Shown: positions 13,512-24,903 of the stretch, piece after piece
Position numbering within the stretch: the stretch's first letter is position 1
Layout of the letters: each line of letters starts with the position of its first letter
Assembly (NCBI GenBank): GCA_964234715.1
Contig: OZ174275.1
DNA from: Podarcis melisellensis
Taxonomy: Eukaryota
Direction: 5' to 3' (one strand)
Length of the DNA stretch: 64,000 nucleotides
The notes under the pieces: generated by a model
Told to the model about the DNA's origin: nothing
What the model saw: only the letters and a program-made list of their open reading frames with translations
The model's database searches: none
Made by a program: the position numbers and the translations under genes

Positions 13512-14817
13512 GATGAATGTTTGCATGTGGCCTTGTCCCCCCCCCCTTTTTGAATGGGAAAACTGAACGAGATGGAGAGATAATGAAGCTACCAGTCTCC
13601 CTAGTGAATATAGCATACAGACCAGCTCCTTAGCTCCATTGGACTGAATCACAAAGTCTCTTCACAATAAAGTACGTATTGAAAAAGTGCTACTTCAAAT
13701 GAAGACTTGAGAAAGAAGGGTTCCTAGCTGTGAACTGGACATGAACTTCACCTAACTCAGAGGGGCGTATTGCTCATCTTGCCAAAACATGTCTGAATTT
13801 CTTCAGTGGTTTGTGAGGCAATTGGAGGAACAGATGTGGCTAAGGGGAAAAAAGACAGCCAATGGTTACGACACATGTATGTGCTCTTAGGCCCTCTTAG
13901 GTTTGTGAACCAATGTGCAGAAAGGCTACCTCCACTCTCTGTTTTCCCTGTGTCATCTGCAAGAAACCAATATGTGTAAAGGGGGGTTTCAACAATTGTT
14001 CTTCCACTGTAGGCTACAAGAGGACTTTTAATGCACCAACAGCCACACTTAGGGGTATCTTGCTATCTTCCATTCTCATGCTGGGCATGGCATAGCCGCT
14101 GGGGCAGAGCTGACCCCTCCCTTCTTGATTGGTTGCCACACACACCTTTCTCCCAATATGGTGCTGCTCCTCTCCGTGACACTTTGACCCTCTGTTTTTG
14201 GTGTGTGCTTGTGTGGGTATGTGTTTATAATTTGTGAAGCAGTAAAATTGAATGTGCTTGTGTGTGGTATTGATTTTTAAAAGGCTAAAAGGACCGCAGC
14301 TAGGATGATTTCTTAGTAAACACGGTTACAAATTGGGCTGTAAATTTCATCTGAATTTCACATGATGGCGTCTGACCAATTTGTTTGTTTGTTTGTTTGT
14401 TTATTTATGAATCACTTACCATGAGGCATCCTTAAGTGATAATAAAAACATACATAAAACCTAAAGGGACTAAAGGTGTCCCATTGGACATCTGATGAGC
14501 TAGTCAATGGCGCAGCTGGATCCAGTCATATCTACTCAGTTTCCCTATCCATCTACAAAACTTTTCATTTTAATTTTCTCTTCTTGGTCACTGTGTTATT
14601 CTGCTGTGTGTGATTAAAAAATTACAACAATGCCTGCAGCACGAGGTTAGCAAATTGCAGTCTTGCAGCTTAACCTACACGAATCTCAGAGATGATTCTG
14701 TAAGAAGAAAGATGGACGAACCTTGGGAAAACATGCAAGGATTACAACTGGCTTACAATGTCATTGTAAAATTACATGTAGAAGGCATGGCAAGTGCATG
14801 CTTAGGTCACATCCAGG

Positions 14818-14993
14818 CAGGACCAGCCCATTTGTGAGGCAAGATTCCTAACTGCCTCAGTGGCAGGGGGCAGTGGATCCCAATGTAGTACTTGCTCCTT
14901 ATGTAGATCTTGACTCACCCTTCTTCCCTGGCTGGGGTGGGGGTGCCACTTTGTCGTTCACTTCAGGCACCAAATGGTCTTGGGCTGGTCCTG
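14818..14993. mobile_element. Non-autonomous hAT element (related to 13193-13511)
   Basis: TIRs CAGGACCAGCCCA / TGGGCTGGTCCTG; flanks CATCCAGG / CATCCACA. Confidence 0.72.
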
Positions 14994-15015
14994 CATCCAC
15001 AAGGCTTCCGCTAAG

Positions 15016-15433
15016 CAGTGGTTTTCAGCCCGTGTGTCGTGGCACCCTAGGGTGCCTTGAATGGTAGTCAGGGGTGCTGCGGGCAAGACTGGCCTCTGTC
15101 CCTTTTTCCTTGCCTCCCTCCTCTGATGCCCTCTTGCGTCTCTGCCTCCCAGAGGCTTGCACAACTGTTTATTGTAGCAGCCCTGGCTATAAACTCAACA
15201 GGTGAATGGTGGCTCTGGAAGGCACCTCTCTTTGGAGCAAGGGAGACCAGGGGCAGCAGCAGCAGTTGTCTGGAGGACTCCCAAGGAGAGGGGAGCGGAG
15301 AGAGGGCTGAGGGAACACTCCTCAAGGGAGAAAAGGGTGAGGGGCTGCCAGCTCTGCAGGCAAGGGGGGACATAACTGGGCTCCTGAGCCCCACAGGGTC
15401 AAGGGAGCCAAGGACTCAAAAAGGTTGAAAACC
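15016..15433. mobile_element. Non-autonomous hAT-like element, right end eroded
   Basis: CAGTGGTTTTCAGCC at the left; GGTTGAAAACC at the right. Confidence 0.6.
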
Positions 15434-16760
15434 TTCCCTAAAGAATCCTGGAAACTGTAACTTTTGGGAATTGTATCTCTGTGAGAGGTGACAGTTCCCA
15501 GGATGCTTTGGGGGGAAGTCATATACTTTAAATGTATGATGCGATGTGACCCTAGAAAAGGATTCCTGGATCTCCTTTCCAATGGTGAGCCTTTAACTCC
15601 AAATCTTAGCATTGTTTACAAATTTGTATGCAATAATAAATATTTGGGTGGTGAAGGATGTATAAACTATTTTTTGCCACAGATCTTCATAGGGTTGGGT
15701 TCTGGGTTTTTTTTAACAGCATAACCCTATGCATATTTATTCCCAGGTAAAGTCCACTGTGCTGATCTGAGTTCACACCATAGGAAGCTTATTTAGGACT
15801 ACAGCCTTGTTATATATTATTGTATGTTACCTTTCTATAAAATTATTCTAAGCACCCCTTAAATAGGACAAAGTAGACATATTTTAAGTGCCTTAGAATT
15901 ATAACATTTAGTCTTGCCTCAGAGAAAGTGTGCAAGTTAATAAAGTTGATGTGTTTGGCAACTAATGGCTGGATTGCAGCTGGATTCAAGATTACCAGGC
16001 AGCAGAACTGACAAAACATCCTGAACCATTTCAACTCCCAAAATGTTCAAGTGCTACAGAAAAAAAGTCAAAGACTTTGTATATTAATCATTTTGTTCAA
16101 GTGGAACTGCCAGCATTTAATTCAACAGTAGCACCGCAATAGCTGGATCTCAAATGTCATCTGTACTGACATCTGCCAGGGTCACTTGTGACACGGGATG
16201 AACTGTTTTTCTTCTGCTTCTTTTCTTGAAGCACAGGACTGGATTTTTGGCTGCCACTGAACAAGCAGAACTCTGTTGGACTTCACTTCTGTTAAGTACA
16301 TGGTAGTAGATAATTTCCTTTAACTGTTCTTAACCTAAGTATTAGCAAGCAATCCAGCTCCTGCTGAAATTGACTGGAGAAGTCCAATTACTTTTAAAGG
16401 TTCAGGATTCAGTCCTAGCTGAGTTTTAATTCCACATAGCTCACTAATCCACAAATAACTTAAGGCAAACTTATTTTAGCTCCATTGAGATCAGTGGGGC
16501 TATAGTGCCTTACATACAACTTGAGTATAATTGGGAGATGAAATCAGTTGTTTCAATAACTAAATATTAGCTATTATTGCAACCCACTGTTAAATCAAAG
16601 ATCAGCTTTTTAAAAGTATTTTGGATGTCACAGGAAAACTTAGATTTCATCAATAAAACTCCAATATGCTCCAACTGTAACTAATACCTTAAACATTATA
16701 TGGAAGTTATAGTTACTAAATTACAAAGGAAACTTGCTCTCAGATAATAGGCCTAGTACT

Positions 16761-16963
16761 CAGTGGCGGAGCTTCATGCTCTGGCACCAGGCGGCTGAGA
16801 GCAGGCGGGGGTGGGGCGGCGTGAGTCCTGGGGGCATGGCACACTGCCTGCAGGGGCATGGTGCCCAGTGTGGTTGGTGGGGGACAGCTGTGATGGTACC
16901 CCACCGGGATCATGCTGCCAGGGGCGGGGCGGTTGCCCCCGCACTCCTCTTCCTCTGCCACTG
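16761..16963. mobile_element. hAT MITE with perfect 8-bp TSD
   Basis: TIRs CAGTGGCGGAG / CTCTGCCACTG; TSD CTAGTACT at 16753-16760 and 16964-16971. Confidence 0.88.
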
Positions 16964-17199
16964 CTAGTACTGTTTTACCCTGCTGCTGCAAATCATTTGC
17001 AGGGGAGAATTTGACCAGAGGTTTCACATCAGGGTGTAGAAGAAAACAGTAAGTAGCTGCAGCCACACGTTTCTGTAGTTGCAGGCAGATAAAAGGAAAA
17101 CATGTTAAGAGCCATATTTGCATGTGGGATGAAGTCCCAGGGGGGCATCCCCAGAGAATCTCATGCACTGTAAAAAAAAAAATGGGGCTGCCCTGTTAA

Positions 17200-17985
17200 G
17201 CAAACATATATTTGGGTGCCGAGGCCCCATGACCACGCAGTTCCCTAGGGTTGAAATAACTTGACAACACACAGAATATTGGTTTTGGGATCAAATAAGG
17301 CCACAACTTTATTGGTTACAGATGTGAAGGTTTGGCTATAGGCACTGGGGTAAGCAAATGTGTATATCACTCCAGCCCGTCTGCTGGTGGTGTCACTAAG
17401 GGTAGAGCCAGCTGCAAGGGATGCCCTATGACCTGCGTGAAATCAGAGCAGCCCCCAAGTTGGAGGAGTGGTCTGGCCCCAGCCCCTTTCTGAGCACCCG
17501 ACAGGAGCCACTCCTCCCAGATACTTTTAACAGGATAAACGTTTACCTGTGGAGGGGCAGACAGAGGCTAAACCTCCCCTCCAACCAAGACCTATGCTTA
17601 CCCAATGCCTTACAAAGTTGTGACGATTGCTATGAGGAAGGCAAAAACCAAATGGCTGGTGCCAATCTGCCAGATGGGGAAAATTCCTGCCTGGCCCCAA
17701 AATATGGTGACCAACACCATCCATAGCAAGGTTGTACCATCTGCAACATCCATAATCTGAGGGAGTGTGGGTAGGAGAACCGGCACAGTGAAAAAAGAGG
17801 CCAAGATTCTGGCGAGCCCAGAATTTATCCTGGTCCTGGGTGCAGGGCCAAGTGCCACTATTGGGAGTGGTTTCATGCCCAGGGAATGCCCTCCAATTCC
17901 TGCCACCATTTGGTGGTGGGGATGATCTGGCCTGCAGCTGCCCACCCAAGAAGGGATAAACGGATATAGCCTGCAGAGACGTTAG
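17200..17985 (-). mobile_element. Unclassified retroelement terminal region (LTR/DIRS-like; bounds uncertain)
   Basis: CpG-richer block; minus-strand AATAAAGTTGTGGCC (17299-17313) recalled from squamate retroelement termini; no coding motif seen. Confidence 0.4.
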
Positions 17986-20900
17986 CACTCTGCTGGTTGT
18001 GAGTGCTAGCAAGTCAGGAGTCTTCTAGGTTTAGTCAAGACATGCAAGAATTTTGACCATTAGAAGGCAAGCTCTAGAGAGGTAATGTAATGGAGAAAGT
18101 AATAAATCAGGATATGTCCCTAGTTCAGTTCTCATCCTTGCCATGAACAGACTAGTTGGCCTTAAGCAGCAAGTCATTCATTCTGTTTCAACCTCTTAAT
18201 GTTAGGACAATCAACCTCTTAATGTTTCAACCTCTTAATGTTAGGACAATCATTCTGACTTCACTTGCAAAGTTGTGAGGATTACACCAGGATAACGTAC
18301 ATGAAGCACTTTGAATAAGGAAACTGTTATATAAATGCTTGTTGCATCCCTCTCAGTACCAATACTACATAGTTCCAGCAAAACATTTACTCTGCATGCA
18401 ATGCTAACAGCAAGGAACCCAGAGCTATTTCCCAAAAGGGCCAAGCTAAACTGAATTCCACCATAACATCTAGCACAACTTACTCCATGGCCGAATGTCA
18501 TTCCACTGTGTGTTTCCATGCCTCAGTTAAGCATTATTTGCAGTCACTGGTAGTGTACACTGTAATGATGTCAGGACATGAGGTAAGCTGTACTGGATAT
18601 TACAGACCGGAAGGGGGAAACTTAACATGGACCTGGTGCTGCGGCAACAGCCACCCCCCCCCCCGTTGTCTTCCTTGTAATGTTTAGTTTTGTCTTGAAT
18701 TCAGAGTGGTGGTATAATGGCATTTGAGAGTTCTAGTACAACAGAGCTCTGGGAACACCAGAAAACCAAACATTTGCTTACATCAGTGTGTGGTGGCTGG
18801 CGTCCATTGGAACTGGAAGGGCAGAAGGCAGGGAGCCCAACGGTACGTGGAGCCAGAGCCAATGACTTTTGTCCTTATGCTTCTTTTTTGTTGAGTTCTA
18901 CAAAACCTAACTTCCATTTGCCCTATGATTTCAAGTGATTTCAAATCACAGGTCTGAGTGGTGCCCCCACACACTGCCCATCCTGCCACTTTCCCCATGA
19001 AAACCTGATGTTTACTTCTGAATATTCAGTATTCAGTTAGCCACTGCCAGGCACCAGAAATGCAAAGATTTCAGCTCCTGGCCTCACAGAGTTTCACTTC
19101 CAGCTCACAACAGCGGCTCTTGCAAAACATCTGATAACTCCAGGCAGCACTGCTGGGTCTCAGTGTGTCATGGGAAGAAATCCTGTTTTAGTGAGATTTC
19201 CACATGACAGGGAGAAGAAGGAGATACAAGATAAATCGGTGATTGCACAATAATTGAACGTTGCACAATGATTTCCTGTGCTTGTTCAGTTCAGACATAA
19301 GGTTGCCCCTCTACTCTCAGGTTTAAAATTGTCTGCTGCCTGGTATTGAAGATAAGATAATTAGACAACCAACATTATGGGAATCACCACAAGGTTCTAG
19401 GCTTTTGAGTAACTAGATCAGTTGATAGATGGCCGTAGCACTGCTATCTGTGTTCCCTTCCTTGTTGGGAGAGACCATTCACTGCTACGTGAAGTGGGGA
19501 AATGGTTGCCCGTGGGGTGTGATTGAAGAGGCAAAGGTGATGAAGCAGAAGCAAAGCAGATGCCCTTCGTCTACAAAGAGATATTATCTCTGAAGGAAAA
19601 CCATAAGTGGGAGTTCACCCATACTCATTTGGCCCCAAACACTGCCTGGAATTGATGCAGCCTGAGTAGCTTAATCAATGGAACAAATTGTGCTCCCAGT
19701 CACCCACACATGTAATCCCAAGTAAATATGACTGTCCACTGTGAGTAAGAGAGAAGAATTTATCTTACTGGCTGTGAGTTTTATTGGCAGACAATCCCAT
19801 TGGGTAAGGCAAGTCAGGAGAATATCTTAAGCATGCTTGGGGTGGTTTCTAGAATAAACAAGGAATCTAAAAGGAAAATGCCTTTTTAAAAAGAGTCCCT
19901 CTGACTGTCCTGTCTGAAGCCCAAGAATTTGCAACCAGATGAAAAGGAGGGCATTTGACCCCATTAAGGGTCAGGAAATGTAACTAAAAGGTAGTTAAAT
20001 GTTTGGGTTAAACATTACCATTAAGCAAAGATACAGAAGGTTACTTATTTTTAATCTCCATTGGCTTATTAAAATCCCAGTTGAAAACCAGAGCACACAC
20101 TACTGACTTTCTAAAACAGGGAGGAGAAAAATCTGATGTCTAGCAGCCCATAGCATTTCCCCACTTAATGTTTTTGGTGTGGTGTAAAGATTAATGGGAT
20201 CTCCTTGACTTGATAGACCCAAGCCAAGATGGTCAAGCTTGTGAATATCAAAACATTACATTGGTTTTAAATCTAAGGACAATGAGTTAGCATAATGTCA
20301 GCAGAAGAATGCAAAAGTCAGGTCACAGATGTGATTTTTAAAAGGCAAAGATTCGTTATTGTGAGTTGAACCCATACCTATGTGAAAAATGTATTATTCA
20401 GTGAATGTAGTACAGTATTCACTGTGGAAGAGCTTTCCAATTCTAGTTTTGTCCATTGATTTCTCCATTAAATCTTTGCAGGAGGCTAGACATTTGACAA
20501 AGTTCGCCCAATGAGCATCACTGCTGGGCAGCCCATCATTTTATCCATTGCATCACATCCCTCTCACATGAGTGTGAGTGAAGTGAACTGCTGCGTGGCA
20601 TGCACAAGGCAAGCTGAGAACTACGGTTCACCTCTGACATTAGCCATGAACTCACTTGGTGGCCTTAGGCAACCCACTCTGTCTCAGCCAAGCCTCTCAC
20701 AACAGGAAGATAACAACAGTGACCTGCCTTGCAAGCTGAATCCCTTTCTCTCCCTCTGACAGACATGTCTAATATGGACTTACCAATATTCATGAATGCT
20801 GTTTAAAGACTTTACCTGATATTATAATTTAATTATTTAGCTGTTTCAACATTATACCAGGAAAGAAATTGTGTTGCTGTTAACAATTAGTTTGCAGGAA

Positions 20901-22340
20901 AAGTTTTCCAAGCTTGCAATCCTAACCCCATTTAGCTGACAGTAAGCCTTATTAAATGGAACAGAAATTACTTCTGAAGTGACATTGTTAGGGTTGCAGT
21001 GCACACGTGGTATACATGTGCACACTGCAAGGTACACATGTAGAAAAATATCAAGCCATTTCATATCGGAAATTTCTCCAAAATGAATGGTTTTGTATAT
21101 TAGGAAACATGTGAAAAACCAAGGGAAATTAAGATTAGCATCATGGGTTCTTTAGAAAATATTTCTATATTGCTAATCTCTATGCTTCCTTTTGGGGTAA
21201 TTCATGGGTTCTGAACCTCCTAGCCATCTGGTATCCAAGCTGAAAGTCTGGTATATATACATGGCCAGATCAGTCTGCTGTTGACTGTATTTATGAATGG
21301 AGCTCCATTGTCTGCTAGCCAACCCTCCGGAACGCCCGTCCCCCCTCCCAATTCAGTTCTGGGAGAAAGTGGCTGCATGAACAGACTGTAACATCACCTC
21401 TTCCTTCAGGGCTATGATCCACACATGCAGGTGTAGCGTCTGGTTACCTTTCCACATGCCTTCCCATAAGGCACTTGATTTTTGTATTCAGAGTTTGTAG
21501 ATGCCACTAACCAAATGTTTTAAATAAATTGTATAAGCAGTATTTCTTTGTGTGGGTAGATGTTCAACTATGCATCTTTTTACAGAAAACTACACAACCA
21601 GACGGCCAGGGTTCCATTCCGCAAATGAACGTTTAATCCTGAATATGAATATGTGAGGTATTTCCAGTTCTGGATGGTTTTACATGTCTACTTTTGAAGA
21701 TATTTTGAAGATAATTTTGAATTAGAGCACAGTTGGCAAAAACAACTGGAAATAATTGTGTTAGAACAAATACAATTTTGGAAAGGAGTCTGACAATTAT
21801 TTTACAACCAAATCATGAGGTTCACGTCTCAGTCATTCCCTCACTGGCATGACTTGGGACAAACCACATTTGCAGTCCTCTTATTTATTAGATAAAAATA
21901 AAAATGACGCGAGGATTGCATTGACAGAAGGCTTATGTCAAACTGAATGACATACTAGAGACTGTATCCAAATTTATAATTAATTAATTAATTGCCACTC
22001 AAAGCAATGAATTATACATGTGTCATACACATTGCTTGGTGGGAGCATTTTCAACAATGTTTTCAAAGTAGTCAATGAAGTTCTGAAGTTGATTTGCTTT
22101 TGAATTTATTAGGAGAATGCAAAGTAACATGGAAAGAAACTTGAGGAGTGCCGCTTGCTTCTCTGTTGCTTTGCGGGCATTCTACCTGTGCAACTCATAA
22201 GCTTGAGATGAACTGGACCAGTAAAAGCTGTTGAGCTTTTTCAAGTTTCGCCCAAAGTTTGCTTTCTTGCAAAATGTAGAAAAATAGAAAAGTTTTTGAG
22301 CTATTTTTATTGACATTCGTCAAAATCTACACTCCTGGCA

Positions 22341-22461
22341 TAGGTTGCCATACACCCACATTTTCACGGACATAAAAAACCCGATTCCCACCCAGACCCT
22401 GTTTCCGACGGCCGATTTCCGTCTGTGTCCGGGAAACCCCGGGCGGCGCACGGCAACCCTA
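22341..22461. mobile_element. MITE (TAGGGTTGCC-type TIR) at the 5' edge of the CpG island
   Basis: TAGGTTGCCATAC...GGACAT at the left and GTGTCC...GGCAACCCTA at the right; related to the copy at 26196-26399. Confidence 0.72.
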
Positions 22462-22519
22462 ATTCGCAATGCTTGGGCTGGGGGGCTTCAGCGTCCGGAA
22501 GGCGCGTCCGGGGGAAGCC

Positions 22520-22655
22520 CCGCAAGCACAGGGTCTGGGGCTTCACCCCCCCGGCATCTCCCGATCCCCAACCCCGCCGAGCCACTGCTGCCAGCCCGTG
22601 TCCGCAGCCCCGAGCTAGATGGACCCAATGGTCTGGCTGGGGGCAAGGCGGCCGA
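22520..22655 (+). mobile_element. Squamate tRNA-derived SINE remnant (Squam3-like) inside the promoter CpG island
   Basis: CCCCGGCATCTCC...GAGCCACTGCTGCCAG...GAGCTAGATGGACCCAATGGTCTG; colinear with the copy at ~29505-29645 and the recalled consensus. Confidence 0.65.
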
Positions 22656-22973
22656 TCTGCTCCCCTCCTGTTCCGGAGGCGGATCTGCTCTCAGCCCTTT
22701 TCCCGGAGAGGGAAAGGTGGGGGGGGGGGGAAGGGGCCATTGGGGGGGGGTCCGCCTCAGGTGCCACCACGTCTTGCCGTGCCCGGTGCTGCTTCAGGTT
22801 ATGCTCTGCCTCCCCCCCCCCCCCTGGGCGGCTTTGATGCTGAAGATCCCTCGGGCGGGGCTGCGGGCTTCGATCGCCCCGACGCCAGATCGCCGCCCCC
22901 CCCCGCGCCCCCCAACTCGGCTCGCCCTCGCCCCTCGCCCCGTCTTTTGTTCGGCCTGGAATGCAACTCCCCA

Positions 22974-23000
22974 CGACGTCACCCGCCGGCCCGGGCCAAT
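22974..23000 (+). promoter_or_regulatory. CRE-like (CGACGTCA) plus CCAAT box module
   Basis: CGACGTCA at 22974-22981 and CCAAT at 22996-23000, in context GACGTCACCCG...CCCGGGCCAATC. Matches the recalled mammalian FN1 -170 CRE / -150 CCAAT arrangement. Confidence 0.85.
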
Positions 23001-23088
23001 CAGCGAGCGGCTGGCCCTTCCGAAGGGGTGTCCCGGCGGCCCCTCCCCGCCCCCCCCCCCGCGCGCGGGGTCTCCGGCGCCAGGACCT

Positions 23089-23100
23089 CCATATAAGCCC
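23089..23100 (+). promoter_or_regulatory. TATA box (CCATATAAGCCC)
   Basis: Only AT-rich motif in the proximal island, ~155 nt before the ATG, with no upstream ATG between. Same context as the recalled mammalian FN1 TATA. Confidence 0.88.
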
Positions 23101-23247
23101 GTCGGGACCCAGCGCGCTGCCCTTCTCGCGAGCTGCAAGTCGGCGCGCACCCGCCAAGGAGCCAGAGGACGGGGCCACGGCAAGGAGCCCCCCCCCAGCC
23201 GCGAAGGAAGAGGCGCTATCTCTGAAGTCCGCTCTCAGATCGCGAAG

Positions 23248-23398
23248 ATGCCCGGCAGCCCGTCCCGCCGGCTGCTTCTGGTGCTGCTGAGCCTCTCCTT
23301 GGGGGCCGGAGCCCACAGCACCAAGGTCCCGGCCGAGAAGACCCGCAGGCAAGCCCAGCACGTCGTCCAGCCCCCGGTGCCGGCCGGCCAGAGCAAGC
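23248..23398 (+). CDS. FN1: FN1 exon 1 (signal peptide, propeptide, mature N-terminus)
   Basis: MPGSPSRRLLLVLLSLSLGAGAHSTKVPAEKTRR|QAQHVVQPPVPAGQSK; A at -3; donor C|GTGAGT; 151 nt. Confidence 0.96.
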
Positions 23399-23911
23399 GT
23401 GAGTGCTCCGAGGGGAGCGAGCGGGCGCCAGAGTAGATCCCAGCGGGGCCGGGACCGGGAACCCCCCAAATCCGAGGCAGAAACTCCTCCGAGGGTCTCT
23501 CTGTTTTACATCCGTTTCTCCCTCCGGGTTTGAGAAACTGGGGAGAGCGCAGGAAGTCTGCCTGCGCCAAATGCGCTCCCAAAGTTCCTTCTCCCATCCT
23601 CCTATTGAGCGCTGTAAACTTGCAATCCTGTAACGGATTACCTGGGAGGGAGATCCAGTGAACTCACTGAATTGCAGTATTAGCTGGTGTCGTTGTTTTT
23701 TAAAAAAATTAATTAAATCCTGATGTTTAGTGTCTCAAGCAAGACGCATCCAGTACCTTGCATGGGGCTCTGGCTATTTTTTAAAATATCGGCAGTGTCT
23801 GGGGTGTTGCTGAGTAATGGAGGGTCCTTTCAGGGAAGAGACATCTGGCAATCCTATTGTGCTTTGGGCAGAGGTGTGAATTGATCTGGAAGTCTTCCTG
23901 TTCCTCTCCCT

Positions 23912-24023
23912 CAGCCTTCCCCCCCCCCCAACCTTGTGCTCTCGAAATGTTTTGGACTAACAGTCCCACCAGCTCCAGCCCCTTGCAGTCGGACACATCT
24001 GGAGGGCACCAGGTTGGGGAAGG
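23912..24023. mobile_element. Old hAT-type MITE in intron 1
   Basis: CAGCCTTCCCC..AACCT / AGGTTGGGGAAGG ends; internal GTTTTGGACTA and ACATCTGGAGGGCACC. Confidence 0.65.
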
Positions 24024-24903
24024 ATACTCTTGCCCAACTCCCTACCTGTTTTCTTATTACTTTAAAAGTAATTGTGCAGTGTGTGTGCGCGCGCACGCGC
24101 TATTCAACACATGGGGTTTTCAGAATCCTGAAATATTTGCTTCTGCCTAAAAAATCGAGACATTTGCCAAAGTCCTTCTACTTAAAACCATCAGAAGTGG
24201 GAGAGAAAGCTTTCGAGGAGGTGGCTGTGAGGGGAATGGTTTCTGGCACTCCAGTCTGTTAAACATGAAATACTCGTTCTAGGGAAATAGGGTGAATAGA
24301 ATTTACCCATAACCTCACTACCCATCTATGTGTTTGCTTATTATACTTGCATCCCTCATTTTTGCTTCCTGGTATAAACAGGGTTTGCAGACAGGCTCCC
24401 ATCCAGGCCATGGCAAGACCCAGGTCCACTTAAGTCAGAAAGCTAAAGTTAAATATCATTGATCTTAAAGGGAGTCTCTGAGTAAACATGTTTAGATTTG
24501 CACTGTGTTGATTTAACTCAAGTTTCCCATTTTTTTAATTCACACACTTCCTGAACACAAGAGTGTATATTAATTGTTTGCTACAACAATTAAACAGGAC
24601 AGTAGATGGCTAAATAAAGGCTCCAAGCTATCTAGAAGCTTAACCCAACTACACATGCAGCCCATAAAGCTATTGGACTACACAGTGATAAATGCTTAGA
24701 GAGAAGAGAGGCCACTGGGAAATCCATAAATTTCTGTTTGGGTCTGTTTTCTCATGAAAGGACACTAAGCAAGGTTACTTCCTCAAAGATAAGGCTCCAC
24801 TGCAGGTGTGCTGGTTTGTGGGGCAGATGTCCAGAACTTTCAAGAAGCAAAGTCGGCAGCTGCTCAACCAAACAGTGTTTCTGCATGAAATGGAAAGGAA
24901 CTA

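Larger units (their letters stand above)
22400..23500. promoter_or_regulatory. FN1: CpG island / FN1 promoter and exon 1 (boundaries approximate)
   Basis: Abrupt switch to very GC- and CpG-rich sequence against a CpG-depleted background; spans the TATA box and exon 1. Confidence 0.93.

Noticed and set aside
22345-23436. 363-aa ORF in frame with FN1 exon 1 (apparent N-terminal extension)
   Set aside because: Starts at TTG upstream of the TATA box, runs through TE remnants, and is open only because GC-rich DNA has few stops. The real start is ATG 23248, followed by a signal peptide.
22615-23469. 284-aa antisense ORF and other overlapping ORFs across the promoter
   Set aside because: Low-complexity G/R/P/A composition expected from a CpG island; no domain recognisable.
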